Shown here piece after piece: positions 1 to 14,319 of a DNA stretch of 64,000 nt. The notes under the pieces are model-generated. The model made no database searches. It was given only the letters and a program-made list of their open reading frames with translations, and was not told the DNA's origin. How positions within the stretch are numbered: position 1 is the stretch's first letter; every line of letters starts with the position of its first letter. Both the position numbers and the translations under genes were made by a program. Source of the stretch: Blasia pusilla (Eukaryota); NCBI GenBank assembly GCA_050084515.1, contig CM114271.1, positions 49,228,001-49,292,000 of the forward strand, in the 5' to 3' direction.

Positions 1-3000
1 AAACCTCCAATACGCCTTTAGCTGATTTAATTACTATGGCATGTCTATGCAAAAACCTTAGTGATAAAATAACATCTTTGCTGCCCAAGCTACATACTAG
101 AGAATTTCCCTAGCGTTAAACTTGGCTTCCACTCCTAGAATCACCATCTCAATGTTCAAAACTTGGGTTGAGGTGGTTCCCAAGTATCCATCCATATTTA
201 TCACAACTTGGGGTTTCTCCATGGAGATTATTGGCGCTCCCAACCTCTCCATTGCCTTCAGATCAAGGAAGTTGCAGGTTGCCCTTGTGTGAATCAAACC
301 AACCACGGATTTTCCTGCAATCAGTATCTCAACTAGAAATTGGCACTTACTACCATCCTAATGTGACTCCTTTGAAGCTAGGCTCATCACCTCCCCTCCA
401 CTCATTCCGTGAAGGCTCTCGATCAAACACGTTAAATGTCAAGGCTAGTCTCCCTTATAAGGTCAACGTCCTCACACTTGTTGATTGCTCTCGCTCGCTA
501 CACCTACGGTCGGGCCTTTCATACATTGGCCCCTTTTTCCTTTGGGCACTCCTGCTTGAAATGACTAGGATTACAACAAACATGACACCCTCTAGCATCA
601 GGTTCACTGAACGTCGTCCCTTGCTTGGAACATGGCAAGTTTTGAGGTTTGAACATTATAGGTTCTAACTTTCCATGCGGCCTTATATTATCTCATTGGG
701 TTTCTTCTTGTTCACCTTGTCAGACAAAACCCTTGTCTTTGTAAAAGGGATCACCTTGTCTCACTTCTTACAGCTCAGATCGTCCGCCACGAGTTGAGTA
801 GCCATGTCAATGGCCACCTTTCGCTTCCCAAACTTGGTTTCCGACGTAGTAATTTTCTATCTTTGTTTTTTTTAAAACTTGGGCAGCATTGCATCCACAA
901 AGTTGAAGATTTGAATGGCGTCTGACATACCATTAATCACTTCCAACCTCACTTGGAATTGAGAAATAAAACTTGCAATTGAGCCTCCCAACTACACTTT
1001 TCGCAAGTGAATTCTAGCTTGGGTCACATGATCTTGAAGTGCTTAAAAGCTTCTCATTTTTTAGATAAGCACCCCAATCTGGCTCCATGGTGTTCCCATC
1101 CTTACAAAATTATTGGTAACATTTTAGTGGATATGTCTCTAATTTCAAAGAGGCCTCAACTCCCCACTTGGCTCTTGAGACCTAGTAAGTCCCAAAAACA
1201 TTGATATACTCTACCAATCGTGACCCATTAATTGAGGCGCTTGATATCCATATTGCTCCTATACACAAGTAACTTCTTCTTCATGTCTCCCAATTGATAC
1301 CCTAGGGAAAAGACCAAATTTGAACTACATGCCTTTATGGTCTCCCCAACCACATTGTCCATCTAGGATTGCGGTTGTTCCTTCAACGCCCTCAAAGATG
1401 GCACACTAAACCTACTTGAAACTCGCGGGCAATTGAACCATCACAACCTTCCTCTTCATCATTACTGATTCTTTTGGCTCACCCATATGGGCGTCATACC
1501 ACAGAGGTCTAGTTCCTCCAACAAGTTACCAAGAATCTTGGACAAGGAGTTTTTTCCAATCAATGTTTCATCTTCCTAACCCTCATCATCATCGAGGATT
1601 TGATATAATTAGCCCATACCCTTGAAGTCTTGTGGGAGATCAAGCCCAACAGGCTCATTCTCCAAATATCTCCGATCTTCTCCAAGTCCGGGTGGTTCGA
1701 GAGCCATGACCTTGTTCCTACCTCTACAAGACTTGTCCTTGTCTTTGGCAGTGCCCATTGCTGCCACCAAAATCACCCACTAACCTTTATCTTATACCAC
1801 ATCATAGAGTCCATCCTCTACTTCATCTAGCTTCACCCCGAGGCACTCTCAAACTTGAGCTTTACAAGTGGAAGACTTAGTTGAGTCCCAAAGACTCAAC
1901 TAGTTGCCCATTCTATAGGTAATTGAGAATCCGCCAAGCATTAATTCAGTTGAGTCTCACTTAGTGCATATCATCTCTCTAGGAAACATCCTTTCCAAGC
2001 CTTAATCAATCTCCCCAAGTCGCTTGCCTAAACTAGAGCCTGGAGGTTGATTCTTCAAAGTGCGTCCCTTAGCTCAAACCTAAAACACTATTAAACACGC
2101 ATCACGATTAGTTCCTAGTTCAAGGACTTGAGCGGGTAGAGAGGGAGGGTCTCCCCCTAGCCCTAGCCTCTCCTCATCCCCCTTATGGTATTTCTGAATT
2201 TTTCCAAGGGAACCCCACCTTCCCCATTGTCACCCTCAGACCCATGATTTTTTCCCTTAGATCTTATGTGGTTTGCCACTCTGAGGCTTGAATTTAACTA
2301 GTTCTCCATCAAGATGCCTTGATAGAATAGAGGCTTCTTGCAGCTTAGGCCAACTTTCGGCTCCCAATTGCATATTGAAGCTTGGAACCATGTTTCATAT
2401 GTCTCATGACTACCGCCCATCGTAACTCCTTGTTTGGCGTCTTATGGTTGTCTTTCCACCCTTTGTGCTCTAGTCTCATGGTGTCTCACCCATCTTGACT
2501 ACTCACGTGGCGCTTGGCTCAAGGTCTCAAACCTTGCTTGCCTTTCCTTTTTCTCTTTGAGTAGTTATGCCCCAATCTCACCTAAGGCTAGTTACTAGAC
2601 ATGTGCATGTCTTGCCTAGTGTTAGTCCACAATTGGTTCCGCCCGAATCGTGGAACTCCATGATCTCAATCACCTGCTACTCAAAAGATTATTGAGATCA
2701 AGATTTGCAAGAAGTGCTAGTTCTTGTTGTAATCTCAATGATTCCAATCACTTCCTTCCAACTATTGTTAAAGTTACAATAATTTTTTGGCTCAAAAAGT
2801 TTTTCGGGTAGTGAATATCTATAGTCCCAATCATTTTCTCTAAAAGTTTTTAGATTTTATAATGAGTAATGTTTATTTTTAATTCTAGCAAATATTGTGG
2901 ATCAAAATGATCCCAATGACTTCCTCATTCAAATTTGTACAAATATTGTTGAGATTCGATAAAGACCTAAAGCTTAAGTACTTGTTCTAGAAATTCATGA

Positions 3001-4041
3001 TCCCAATCACATACCCCGTGGAGCCCTCCCATGATTCCGAGTGATTAGGATGATTTACATTTAGCATTTTTTATTGGATGGTTGATGAGGATCATGATAT
3101 CATGTTCTTCATCTGATTTTTCCTTTATATTGGAATGGAGGGATTTGGGTTGGTGTTAGGTGATCAGGATCGTGTAGATTTCGGGCAAGTGATTGGGATC
3201 ATGAAGACTCGTTTCATGCTTGAGATACTTGAATTGAATCTAGAAGATGATAGGATCAATAAGGTTTATGAACTTGGTATTAATTCCTTGTCATTTCTTT
3301 CCTTAGCTCACTCCCAAGAAAATAAGAAGGCAATCACAAAATTGTGGGATGACCACAATTTGGTTTAAGACAATGGTCTTCTCACCCACCACTTGAGCTT
3401 GTGGGATGCTTCAAACTACAAGGAAGATATGAAATTCTCCTATATCTTCATAGAGCCAAGCTATAAGAAGAAGGTCATAGAGGAACTTGGCACCATCGTT
3501 GACTTTGGGTTGGTGGAGTACACCAGTAAGCAAGACCTCTCCATCAAGTCATTCACTCTTCTACTTGATGTATCAAGAGGATTTACAAAGCCTAATGGAT
3601 GTACGCTCATTACGCTTGGCCATTCTTGGAATCTTGGATGGACCCACATAGGCGATGATACTCTCCTCCGTGCCCTATGTGAATTTCATTGTTCTCCTTC
3701 TCGTTGCCATGTTTCTATTCACTTGAAGGATTTTTTTTCAGCTATAGATGAGTAGCATTGCACTTATTGGACTAGTTTAGAGATAGAGTTGAAAAGTTAG
3801 GAGCAGAGCAAAGAGAAAACTTAAGCCAGAGAGCCAAGAGCAAAGTTAGAGTCCAAGCTGGACGCTGAAATTATATTGCAAAGACGAGAGTGGGCTAGGA
3901 AGTGCTAGCTTAAGACCCGATAATAGATAAATTTTATTATTGAACTACTTGCAATGTGTTGCAAACAAAGCTTAGTTTTGTAAGACTATAAGTATGTAGT
4001 GACCACCACTTGGAGGACTAAAATTTTTGGCTCAGATAGCA
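1..4041 (-). mobile_element. Highly degenerate Gypsy-like LTR retrotransposon remnant (gag/protease region)
   Basis: ORF 97-306(-) reads HTRATCNFLDLKAMERLG, resembling the retropepsin DTGATHNF...LG motif. A decayed Met-tRNA PBS-like sequence (gctcagatagca, 4030-4041) is followed by TG at 4042. Boundaries approximate. Confidence 0.45.
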
Positions 4042-4527
4042 TGATAACACACCATATTAGAGCCACTATGCAAGCTCATCAATTCGCACAACATGAAAGA
4101 CTCACTGCTCAATAATGAGTAAAATGCTTGGAAAAAGTGAGATGAGAATAAATCACCTCTTTCTTTGATAACAAGTTGTACCTAATATAATGTCATACCA
4201 TTTGAAAATGAAAAATTAACAAATGCATTATTCATCATGTCCCTAGAACATCACTATCCCAAAGATGGATCTAGACATGGACTTGGATTTTGTCCGTGTG
4301 CAACCTTGTTGCTTTGGTACCATCCCCTTGAACTTCTACTTGAAGGATATATTCTAATGAAAGAATAAGATAAATTATAGCCATTGTGTATCATATAATA
4401 TAAAAACTATGAAGATTCACTAACCTATCAAATAGATTGTATCCACAAATCTAGATTTGAGAGCAAAACTTTGTTTGTTTCTTAAGTATTCAATGTAATA
4501 TCTACCAAAGTTATATCACATCGTAAT

Positions 4528-5079
4528 AAAGGTTGCATGTGGAAAAATTTCGTGTCTACGGACTTACATTAGTCTTATGGAAGGACTTTTCCATGTGGGC
4601 CCCACCTTCCCCGTCTTTCTTATTCCCCACTTGCCTACGTATTCTTTAGTTTCATGTTACTTCCTCCTTCTACTCCCACTCCCTCCCCCCTTAATGACCC
4701 ACTCAATCTTGCCCTACTTTCCATCATGAACAATAAGTATGGACCCTACCCAAGGTTGCATGTGGACAAAGTCGCTATTTGTGGGCATGTCCATGTCCGT
4801 GGACTTATGTCCGTCCTATAGAAGGACTAATCCATATGGGCCCCACCTTTTTCTTCTTTCTCATTCCCCTTACTTGCCTTCGTGTTCCATACTTCCCCAT
4901 TTCTTCCTGTCCCACCTCTTGCAACCCATGTTAGTGGACATGTCCAGACTTGTCAGTCCTAAGGAAGGACTTGTCCATTTTTTTGCAACCATGAACCTAC
5001 CTCTTATAATCCCTATCGTGCACGTGTCTAGACTTTTAATTCATCTTCGAAATGGATTTTTCCGTTATTTACAACCATG
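4528..5079. mobile_element. hAT-type MITE, older copy hosting a nested copy
   Basis: Ends aaaggttgca...acaaccatg. 8-bp flanks atcgtaat/atcttaac match 6/8. Internal sequence is similar to 57694-58028. Confidence 0.7.
4751..4993. mobile_element. hAT-type MITE nested in a same-family copy
   Basis: TIRs caaggttgca / tgcaaccatg. Flanks accctacc/aacctacc (7/8 TSD). GGACA/TGTCC subterminal repeats. Confidence 0.85.
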
Positions 5080-5874
5080 ATCTTAACAAAAAATAACTAA
5101 TATTTCAAAATAATTAGGTAATATTAGAATTTAGTTCTTTGTTTTATTATTAATGAATTACTTGGAGTAGAAATATTCTTGTAGAGAAAGAACCCTATTT
5201 GGTTAATTTTTTTACACTTGTTTTAAATTAGAGGATACATTAAATCAAAGCGTCTAAACAACAACTACTTGTGGCTATGCAAATTGAGTGACGTTGGATA
5301 ATATGTGCTCTTATGAAAGACTTCCCCTTAACCAATGTAGGATAAAAAGACAACCAAGCTTCTATTATGCTAATAGACACATCTAGATTCCATGACACTA
5401 CCTTTCATATCAAAATAGGATCTCACTTTAGCTAGCATGTGAGATTGTACACGTTCTTAAGTGCCCCACACAAGATATGGTGGCTTACATTTTATCACCT
5501 CCTACCAAAACTAGGATTTGTAGTTTACATTTTATCCCTTGAAAATGCTAAGATAAGAAAGAAAACATAAGCTATGATAGCTTGCATTTTATGACCTCCT
5601 ACCAAAACAAACTATTCAAGAACATGAATAGTTATGACTATTTGATGGACCAGATGAATATCCTTTTTTCACCCCTTTCTCTATATTAGTTAGTTGGGAT
5701 CAACTAGCCTTCTTGATTTGCAAACACCTCTCTACTTGATACGTGACAATCGAGCAACAAGAAAATGTTTCACATCCTACGGACAACAAGAAAAAAATTG
5801 GAATTTATGAACAATATCATTAATCTCTTCCTTTCACGGGCTATACACTAGCTCTTCAAACACTTTTTTATTTT

Positions 5875-5901
5875 CCGTCCATGGCACAGGCACCTTCCTA
5901 G
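5875..5901 (+). mobile_element. Possible 3' terminus of a non-autonomous Helitron
   Basis: Degenerate hairpin ccgtccatggcacagg followed by CTAG|T after an AT-rich stretch. Confidence 0.35.
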
Positions 5902-8437
5902 TATAGATTGAGCTAAGGTATTTCATGGATTACATTGTAGTTTTGATCTCCGTGTGACATATGTAAAGATATCTCTTCTTTTAGAAAATAGAGGAGGACA
6001 TGAACTAGTGGGAGAAGACTTAAGTACGGAATTGGGTTGGTGGAGGTGGACATCACTTTTTGAGGTACATGGGATAAGATTGGAATTTTGAACTTGAGGA
6101 TGTATAGGGCTCAAGGGACTCAAAATTTATTAATGTTGGAATGACAAATTTCAACTTGATCAACATGGGTTCACTCCTGGTTTTGATTTTCAACTTTCAC
6201 AACATGAGGTACATAGAGGAGTTGGCCCTCCATTTAGCTAGGATGGAGGGGCAAGAGCACACCAATTTCTAAGTAGGTCTAGAAAATCCAAGAGGAAAAC
6301 TAGAATCGTGGTATGGAAAAGTTTCCAAAGAAATGACATGGCCTTAATTTTAAGATGGAGGGATGTCTAAAACACTCCTAAGTAGGTCTAAAAAATCCTT
6401 GAGGGAAAAACCTTCAAAATAGTGGCACCCTCCGTATTCCTCTCCGTATGAGAACACCCTGTCCATCAGTGATGGCAGCGACTACTTGAAACAACACGAC
6501 CTTTTATAGTTCATTCATGATGTACTATGTATTCGATTACTAGCCTTTGTATACTACATACGCACATTACTTCCACAATTTCCTTCATCTATTTTTGCGC
6601 ATATCCTCAAACACGGCACCGAGCTGCACCATGGCGTGGACAAAGAAAGAACACGACACAAGAAGTTCGCCTGCGATGATAAACAACGCGCTTGTAGAGG
6701 CTCACATTGGAGAAGTGATGGCCATGATCGGTTCTGGCCATATTCAAATAGGTAGGAAAGTCCAATGTCTCTAGTAATCGGGGCGTCCGCTTCAAGTCCT
6801 TGTCACTGGAAGATGTCCAGGCATTACAAGCAGCATGCTGAGAAAATGGAGTTGTTATGAAACATCTACCGTAGGACTGAGCTTGGCTGGTCAAGCTTGC
6901 TTGGGAAATCGTCTCGCCCTGACACCGTCCAACTCGATGTTTGGATCGGATCTTGTTCGGAGTTTGCAAAGAAGGCCTCCTACGAGGCTGTGACCCAAAC
7001 AATCTTCCGAAGGCTCCTTCTAGGAATTTTCCCCATTGCCCATGTAGCCTTCCGAGGCTATATCAACGACGATCTAATATGTGACCAACACGTGTCAGAA
7101 CGGGACGACCGCATCTCATTGCCATAAAATGCGATTGATTCACTGGTCTATGAGAAAATCCGATTCCTGACGCTGAAGTCGGATTCAAAGTCGTTAAGGT
7201 CTGCATTCCATATAAGGTTTTTGACCCAACCTGCTCATGACATTTCGGTGGTCCGCTTCGTGAGACCAGAGTCTGGTTTCCCCAAGCGTCTCAACTTTGG
7301 CCATAAATTATGTAGGAAAGAATCAAGCATGTCTGGTCTAGGATCTGTATGCACTCAGCGTCCCAAGTCCGTGTGCGACTCGCTGTGGGTAGCTTCCAAG
7401 TCACGGACCTTTCTCAGTTAAGCACATAGAACACACCGCGTTCATTTTTTTAATAATTTAAAATAACTTAACGTTCTTTTAAATACGAAGATTAAAACTA
7501 CTCGGTTTGTGAATCACCACATTTTGTGTCCAAAATTTTCAGGACAATTTTGAATGATTTTTTTTCGAAAGACATGAAAAGCATTTCTACAGAACGCCGC
7601 AGAAACCACAAATAGCATAGAGTGATTAGAGAAGGTCTGTGTCTCCACCCTAGAAACAAAGATTGAAACTCGTCTGTAATAATGAGTGTGAAAGCATATA
7701 TGTATTCCGGAAAACTATCCAGAAGTTTCTTCCGATGGGAAACGGGGTACCTCTCCGGATTCTCAGGGTGAAATTTTATATGCCGGGGTAGAGACTGCTG
7801 AATACGAATTGTCGTTTTTTTATAAAAGTGGTATAGCCCTGTGTCGTACTTCTGGTATTGTGCCTCCTAAACCTGGCGTTTCTTGGTCGAAGGCTTTCAC
7901 CCGGGTGACACCTTTTAATATCTGTTCTAAGTGGTACTTCAAGATTTGACCCGACCTTCGGGCTTTACATAATGCATCAAAATAATTGTAATAATCGAAT
8001 CAGATAACGTCCGGTTAAAACATTTGTAAAGCGCAGATCTGAATAAGTTTAAGTGAAGAACTACCCGGCCGCATGAACTAATGTTTTGGAAGATTAATAA
8101 TATATATATAAATAGAAAATAGGATGGGAAATCCATCAGGATACAAATGAGGGGCATAGAGAGGAAAAAACACCCAAAGGGCCAAAACCAGCCCCGAGGA
8201 GAACTAATGGCTGATTCCTCAGATTACTCTAAATACTCTACTTCTCGTACAAGAGCATTTCCTCAAAATATTTCCAGGTCTTCTAAGTTCTCCCTTCGTA
8301 TACCTACCAGCAACCCGGCGGCGGCGGACTTATGTTGTCGGAGTGGAGGCTTTCAAATTTCCCTTATTTCATCCGCGCACAAAGCCATCTTCCATCATCG
8401 CATCCGCATCGACGGTGAAAGAAATCTATGAAAACAT

Positions 8438-8447
8438 GCCACGTGGC
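8438..8447. promoter_or_regulatory. Perfect palindromic G-box (GCCACGTGGC)
   Basis: Motif is directly visible; function and target gene unknown. Confidence 0.3.
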
Positions 8448-8727
8448 TGATAATAAGGGTGAGGAACTTGGATCGATCACCCGTGTCCCTACCGATCGAA
8501 GGGGCGACATTCCTTGCCCTCTTCTCCACGATGCTCTGTTACTGTTTGAATGGACGCTTTCTCCCTCCCGCCACTGCCGAGATCTCTCGTCTATAAATTG
8601 AAATCGAGGAGTACAATTTTCGACGACTGCACTTTCGTTCAAATGTCTACATGTCACGATTCGTCAAGCTGACCGTCCAACAGAAGAAATCCATCCGACG
8701 AGCATTTTCAAGCTGTATATTTGGTTT

Positions 8728-8843
8728 TTCCCGACCCGCACTCCTAGTTGGCTCTTCCAGGAAGAGCCCTCTAGTAGTGCGGGTCGGGAATTTGACACAG
8801 ATATGTGTCAATTTAACTGGCCGGTTAAATTTGACACATATCT
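8728..8843. repeat. Two adjacent long inverted repeats
   Basis: 8728-8758 pairs with 8760-8790 (31 bp, 3 mismatches). 8799-8820 pairs with 8821-8843 (1 mismatch, 1 indel). Confidence 0.9.
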
Positions 8844-9035
8844 TCGAGTAGAGAGATCCTTTCTAAAAGGATTCTAGTCCCGACGAAGTGATTGATATCC
8901 TTCCTAAATAGTAGTGGCCTAGTAATACACCAGCCTCAAAATTTGGCATATACAAAATTAATCATACCAATAAGTAAAGCATTAATGAAAATGCATATTA
9001 ATATTAAATTTCCCACATATAATGTTAGTTTAATT

Positions 9036-11136
9036 TTAATTTAGCATTTTATCATATATAACATTTTTAATGTAAATACTTATTTTATTAGGAGCATTTT
9101 TATTATCTATCATAATATGAATAGAATTTTTCAAGCCTACTCTTGATAAGGCAACATGCAATTGCGCATGAGAAAATATTGGATTTGGCAAGTAAATATC
9201 AACTCTATCTAATGTTTGATTTTGAGACTTCTTAATAGTCATTGCAAAAGCGAGACGTATAGAAAATTGAAATTGTCGCAAATTGAAAGGTAGGCCGAAT
9301 CAGACGCAATCAATGAAATACGTGGATTGAAAACTCAAACTCCAATGGTTTTTCCCGTGATAATTGTTGCATCTACAAGATGTCGACTAAAGCCAGCTAT
9401 CACCAACCGTGTCCCGTTTGCTTGTCCCTTTGCTCCATTCATATTCCATAATAGCATTATCGGAGCTCCAATCTTCAAAGTCAGACAATGAGGTGGCAAT
9501 CCATATGGTAAACATGTATTCAAAAATTGTGTCGGATAAACAAATCTCATCTCATCGTCGGAAACTGAATCATCACTCAAGAAAGTATGCTCTTGCAAAA
9601 AACAAAATAAATTACTAATAATAAGAGAGATGATAGAAAAATATAGCAATACAATAATGAAAATATAATAATGATATTCAAGAACATAAATATTACCTCC
9701 ACTGGAAATCGAGACATGATTTTTGCATTTCTAATATCCAGAGTAGTATTCTTGGTTGACAAAATGGATGTACCCATCAAGAAATCAATATCACTCCGCT
9801 TATGAACATCATGTCCATAAACAATGTCAATAAGATCATTAATCCTGGTGGTTTTAACAATTATCGCACATAGAACTTGTATAAAATCCTCTCCAAGATC
9901 CAAATGTAACGGTACACGACCCTCTCCTACCTCTAATAACCACGTTGCAAACGCTTCTTGCTCTTCTCGTGCATATCCTGCAAATAAATATAAGATGAAG
10001 GAATAAGTAAATATTCAAAATATTCAAAAAACCACATGAAATGAAAAAGGCAAAATTTTAGGTTTATTCTTTAATACCTTGTAAAGTATTAACTCTCATG
10101 TTGGTAGTGAGTTTCAATATTCTCACGTCAGACCAAATAAGTGATCTCTTAAGTGTTGCACGCACAACTGTCGCACGATCTCCACGACAAACAACAGGAA
10201 GAAGTTGTCGGAAGTCACCATCAAATAAAATGATCATCCCCCCAAAAGGCAAGTCTCGTAATTGAGGATCCATCAAACCCATGATATCTTGGAAAGTACG
10301 ATTAATGACTCAAATTCATGACGATGGGTCATAGGAGCTTCATCCCACACGATCAACTTCGCCTTTTGATAAGGCGGGCCATATGATTATTGACCGATAG
10401 GCTAGAAAATAGATAAAAAAACAATATGTGAGGAACATTTATGAAGAAAAAATATAAGAATCTAAGAATATAACAATAATATGCATGCCATAAAAGGAAA
10501 AGAAATCTTAAATCTAGACTTACTTGCAAGCAGAACTTTCATGTACTTGGATAGGAATCTTGAATCATTAATGAGCAGTACGACCTCCATCCAATAATAA
10601 AGCGGCAATCCCTAAAGATGCAACTACAAAAGCTATGTGATCCTTGCTCCGTACCATTGCAAGAAGAAGGTTGTACAAAAAGGTTTTTCCTCTTCCGCCA
10701 AGACCATCGATAAAGAAAAGTTTCGCTTGAGAAATCCATATTTTTAGTTATAGAAAAGCACTTAAAATAATAAAACTTATAGAAATTAAAAGAGTAAAAA
10801 TAAATATATACATAATATAAAAATATATAATTATATTTATACATAATATCCACTTATAGAATGCGGCGCATCCTGTAAGATCTCGCCAAAAAAATTACAA
10901 ATAACTTCCCAAATAGCTCGTTATCCATCATTTAAAGACATCTTTCTTGCTCTCACACATTCACAAAGCATATCATGATCGTAGGAGAGTTCTTCCTCTT
11001 CTAGACGCGAAATAGATAAATCACGAGCTTGGAAATCTGGTTGAGGCATGTCCGGAAAGTCCGCCATACTTTTACCATGATCTTGAAGATGGTAATGGAC
11101 CTCCAATAATGCAAGATTAATAATGTGAACATCCAA
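9036..11136 (-). pseudogene. Helitron PIF1-family (SF1) helicase domain, intron-split and disrupted
   Basis: Motifs [12 protein letters not shown] (Walker A-like), IVWDEAPM, GDFRQLLPV, LPPHCLTLKIGAPIMLLWN, AFAMTIKKSQNQTL and FSHAQLHVALSRV, separated by AT-rich introns. Confidence 0.9.
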
Positions 11137-11316
11137 TGGGAGTGTCGGAATACCAATTCTCTGTTACAAGGAACAAATATAGAAGCTAAAATATAAATAG
11201 AATACCTAAAATATTCATAAGAGAAATAAGAAAAAAATTGACTTAACAAAAGGCATGTATATTGCAACATGTCTTTGATGCATAAGATCTCCTCTCAATG
11301 GAACAACAAAATCTTC

Positions 11317-14250
11317 CTACACCATAGCCAAAAGGGAAGGTGTATTATATAGAAGACTAATGGCAAAGAGTAGACGTAATGAATAGCCAGTACGAATGAC
11401 AACAGCCTCTTCAAAGCAAGAAAAGATCTCTCTATCGTCCTCCAAAAGTCCCATCTGAATAGCGGTCTCTTTGAAGGTAGGATAGACTACACCATTGATA
11501 GTTCTCAAATCTTGATATGATTTAGCGCCTCTCACATAATGGAGAAGTAATCATAACTAGTGATGCTCCCCTTCAGCTAGGATTAGCCCAAAAAAAGTAT
11601 TAGGAAGGAAACATGAATGTGTTTATAACATTTATTCAAATTTTTCCTTAATAATTGTATCTTAATATAGAATAGAAAGTTTACTTGGGTTTGTCATATA
11701 CAGACGTCCAATAGGATGCCCACATCCTTTTTGTGCACGTTTATACGAATGCCATCGCTTTATATTCCAAGAGTAATGGGAAGGGAACTCCAAATAAAGA
11801 TATTTTCGCGCAGTCGAATCAAAAACATTTGTTGCAAACCATTGAGTGAGAGTGGTTTCCTTACTTCACTCTAGAATATTACTCAATGAATCTTGCCCAT
11901 GAAAATATACCATTGGACTGTCTAGAAGATGAACAATCAATCTCACAATATTTGGTTGCTCTGCATGTAGACTAAACTAGAAGATTCGCCAACATGCTTC
12001 TGAAGAAGAAACGTACCTTCATACCATATAATCTAAATATTGTTAGAGTCCCACATAATATCATAGAAAAAAATAGGGAGATCTTGAAAGATAGAAGGGA
12101 TCAAAATACCTTGCATCAAGATATAATGATGTCTCATCAATAGTATCCTCTCCTGATATAGTATTTGCCAAGGTATATGATATGGCATTAGGTCCTTTGT
12201 ACACATACTTATAAAAGTACTTTACTGCCAAGATGCTATTTTTTATCTCCAGATTGATATGACAATCAAATAAAGTACATAACATTGGATTGTATGGAAC
12301 CGCCCAACGATTATCGAAGTCATGATTTGACTTATTAATCAATTTGCCATTATCACGCCTGCATAAACACATATAGAAGCGTGTTAATAGTTGGGAAAAA
12401 TAGATAGCACACTAATAGAAGAGCATTAAATGAAAAAATAAACAACAAAACCAATGAATTGCCTTTTATAAATAGGATATCCATCCTCATTCTCCATTTT
12501 CATCGATGTAAAGAGCATTGGATATCCATTGGAACATTTTTTTGTCGTTTTATCCGTGCAACGTGCAGTTGGATGTGCTACTCCACACGGACCATGAATC
12601 ATACAATTTCTTACAGTAGAATGTAGCCTAGGATGAGTCATGGGATTCGGAATCTCAGCAGATATAATATCGTCAAGAGTAGAGGTTGTCCTTGGCTTCT
12701 CCTCGGAAGCAAGAATAATTAGGATATGCACATGTGGTAGCCCCGTCTCTTTTGGAACTCGACTACATGAATACATCCTACCACTCGATCCAAAATATGC
12801 TTATCCAATAAAAGTCTCAACAACTCCTTCTTCTTTTGTTGGAAAACACGTATAACTAGGTCATAACAATCAGACCTTGATTGCCCATGCAGTAGAGCAA
12901 AAGTAATCTCTGGCCATTTAGGATTGCAAGTCATAGTCAAAAAGTAGTCAGGCTTCCCAAAATGTCTGAGAATGGCCATAGCATCATGGTACAATTAATG
13001 CATGTGATGGGGTCCTCCTATGAAAGATGAAGGTAAGATAATACGTCTCCCTCTGCCTTCACCGTTCACATCATGCCAAGTCATAGCATCTCTGACACCT
13101 TGGTATGAATCAACTCTCAACTCTTTTTGATGCTATCGTATCCAAGTTGGCTGTTGCATTTCAATAGTCGCATACATATCCATCATATATTCTTGAGTAA
13201 GATAACCAAATCTCAACAACTTATTATTATCCATAGCGTTAGCTCGCCCTTGAAGTCTGATTAAAGCAAATTGTAAAGTTATAATGGTCTTTGAACTTGC
13301 CTCATGAATGGTAACCTCACCTTGAATTCCCCTTTGTATAATATCATCTCCATCCTCGTCCATCATAGCATCCCCTCTTAACAACAGATCATCTCTATGA
13401 TCATGTTGCACTTGCAAAAGTATCCCACGATGCCAACCTGCTTCACCATAAACAAAAGGAAAAATAAAGTGCAATGGGATATAGGCTTCATTCAAGTCTG
13501 ACACACGACGAATCCCTCCTCCTTGTAAGCGAACAATAATATCACGTCCTTCTACTGGCTCACTCCAATCTCTGGGCAAGATAGCTGCAATCTATGAAGC
13601 AACAATCAAGGTGTATCATTTTGTATCGAGACCTTGCTTACTACCCTTAAGAACAATATGAAAGTCAGAATGACATGGATCAATTTCCACATGTAAAAAA
13701 ATCCACATATTTATTATGGGCATGTAACATATCTTGTAATCCCCTTAAGATCTCTGGACTCAATTGATCTTGATAATCTCCACTCATAATCCTTCTTCTA
13801 TGCTCCATCTGATGCTCATCATCATGAATATAAATTTGCGCGAATTGTGGAGGAGCACCACTTTCAGCATGAAGAGGTCCAATAGAATGATAAACACCAG
13901 CTTGTGAATCCTGAAGTTTCCTGTACCACCTCGTTACCCTATCACATGTGCCCCAGTAGATGCCAATTGAAGAGCACTATTATAGGCAAGTTCATTACGC
14001 AAAAAATGAAGACTATTTGAACTCATACCAAAAAGTAATTCTGCTAGTATAAAAGATGAAGCTGTCAAATATGGTAATTGAATCTTACCATGCCCACAAC
14101 ACATACTAAAAGGCAAGCTTATAAACCTAGTATACTTCGCTCTCTCACACTTCCAATGTAGAGCATTGCAAGTCGGACAAACGACATTCGTAAGTCCAAC
14201 ACTAAAACGACCAGTCATACTATCAATACAATCTCCCGACCTAAGATTTT
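11317..14250 (-). pseudogene. Helitron Rep (HUH endonuclease) and N-terminal Zn-finger region, disrupted
   Basis: CPTCNALHW...CCGHG Zn finger. Rep motif 1 PDYFLTMTCNPKWPEI, motif 2 VVEFQKRRG/LPHVHIL (split by a frameshift), motif 3 YFYKYVYKG. Also MIHGPCG and DNRWAVPYNP. Confidence 0.9.
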
Positions 14251-14319
14251 GAATGTGCTTCCCTTCAAAGTTAGGAATACGTGCAATATTGAGCAAATTT
14301 TTCAAGTTCAAAATCCTTC

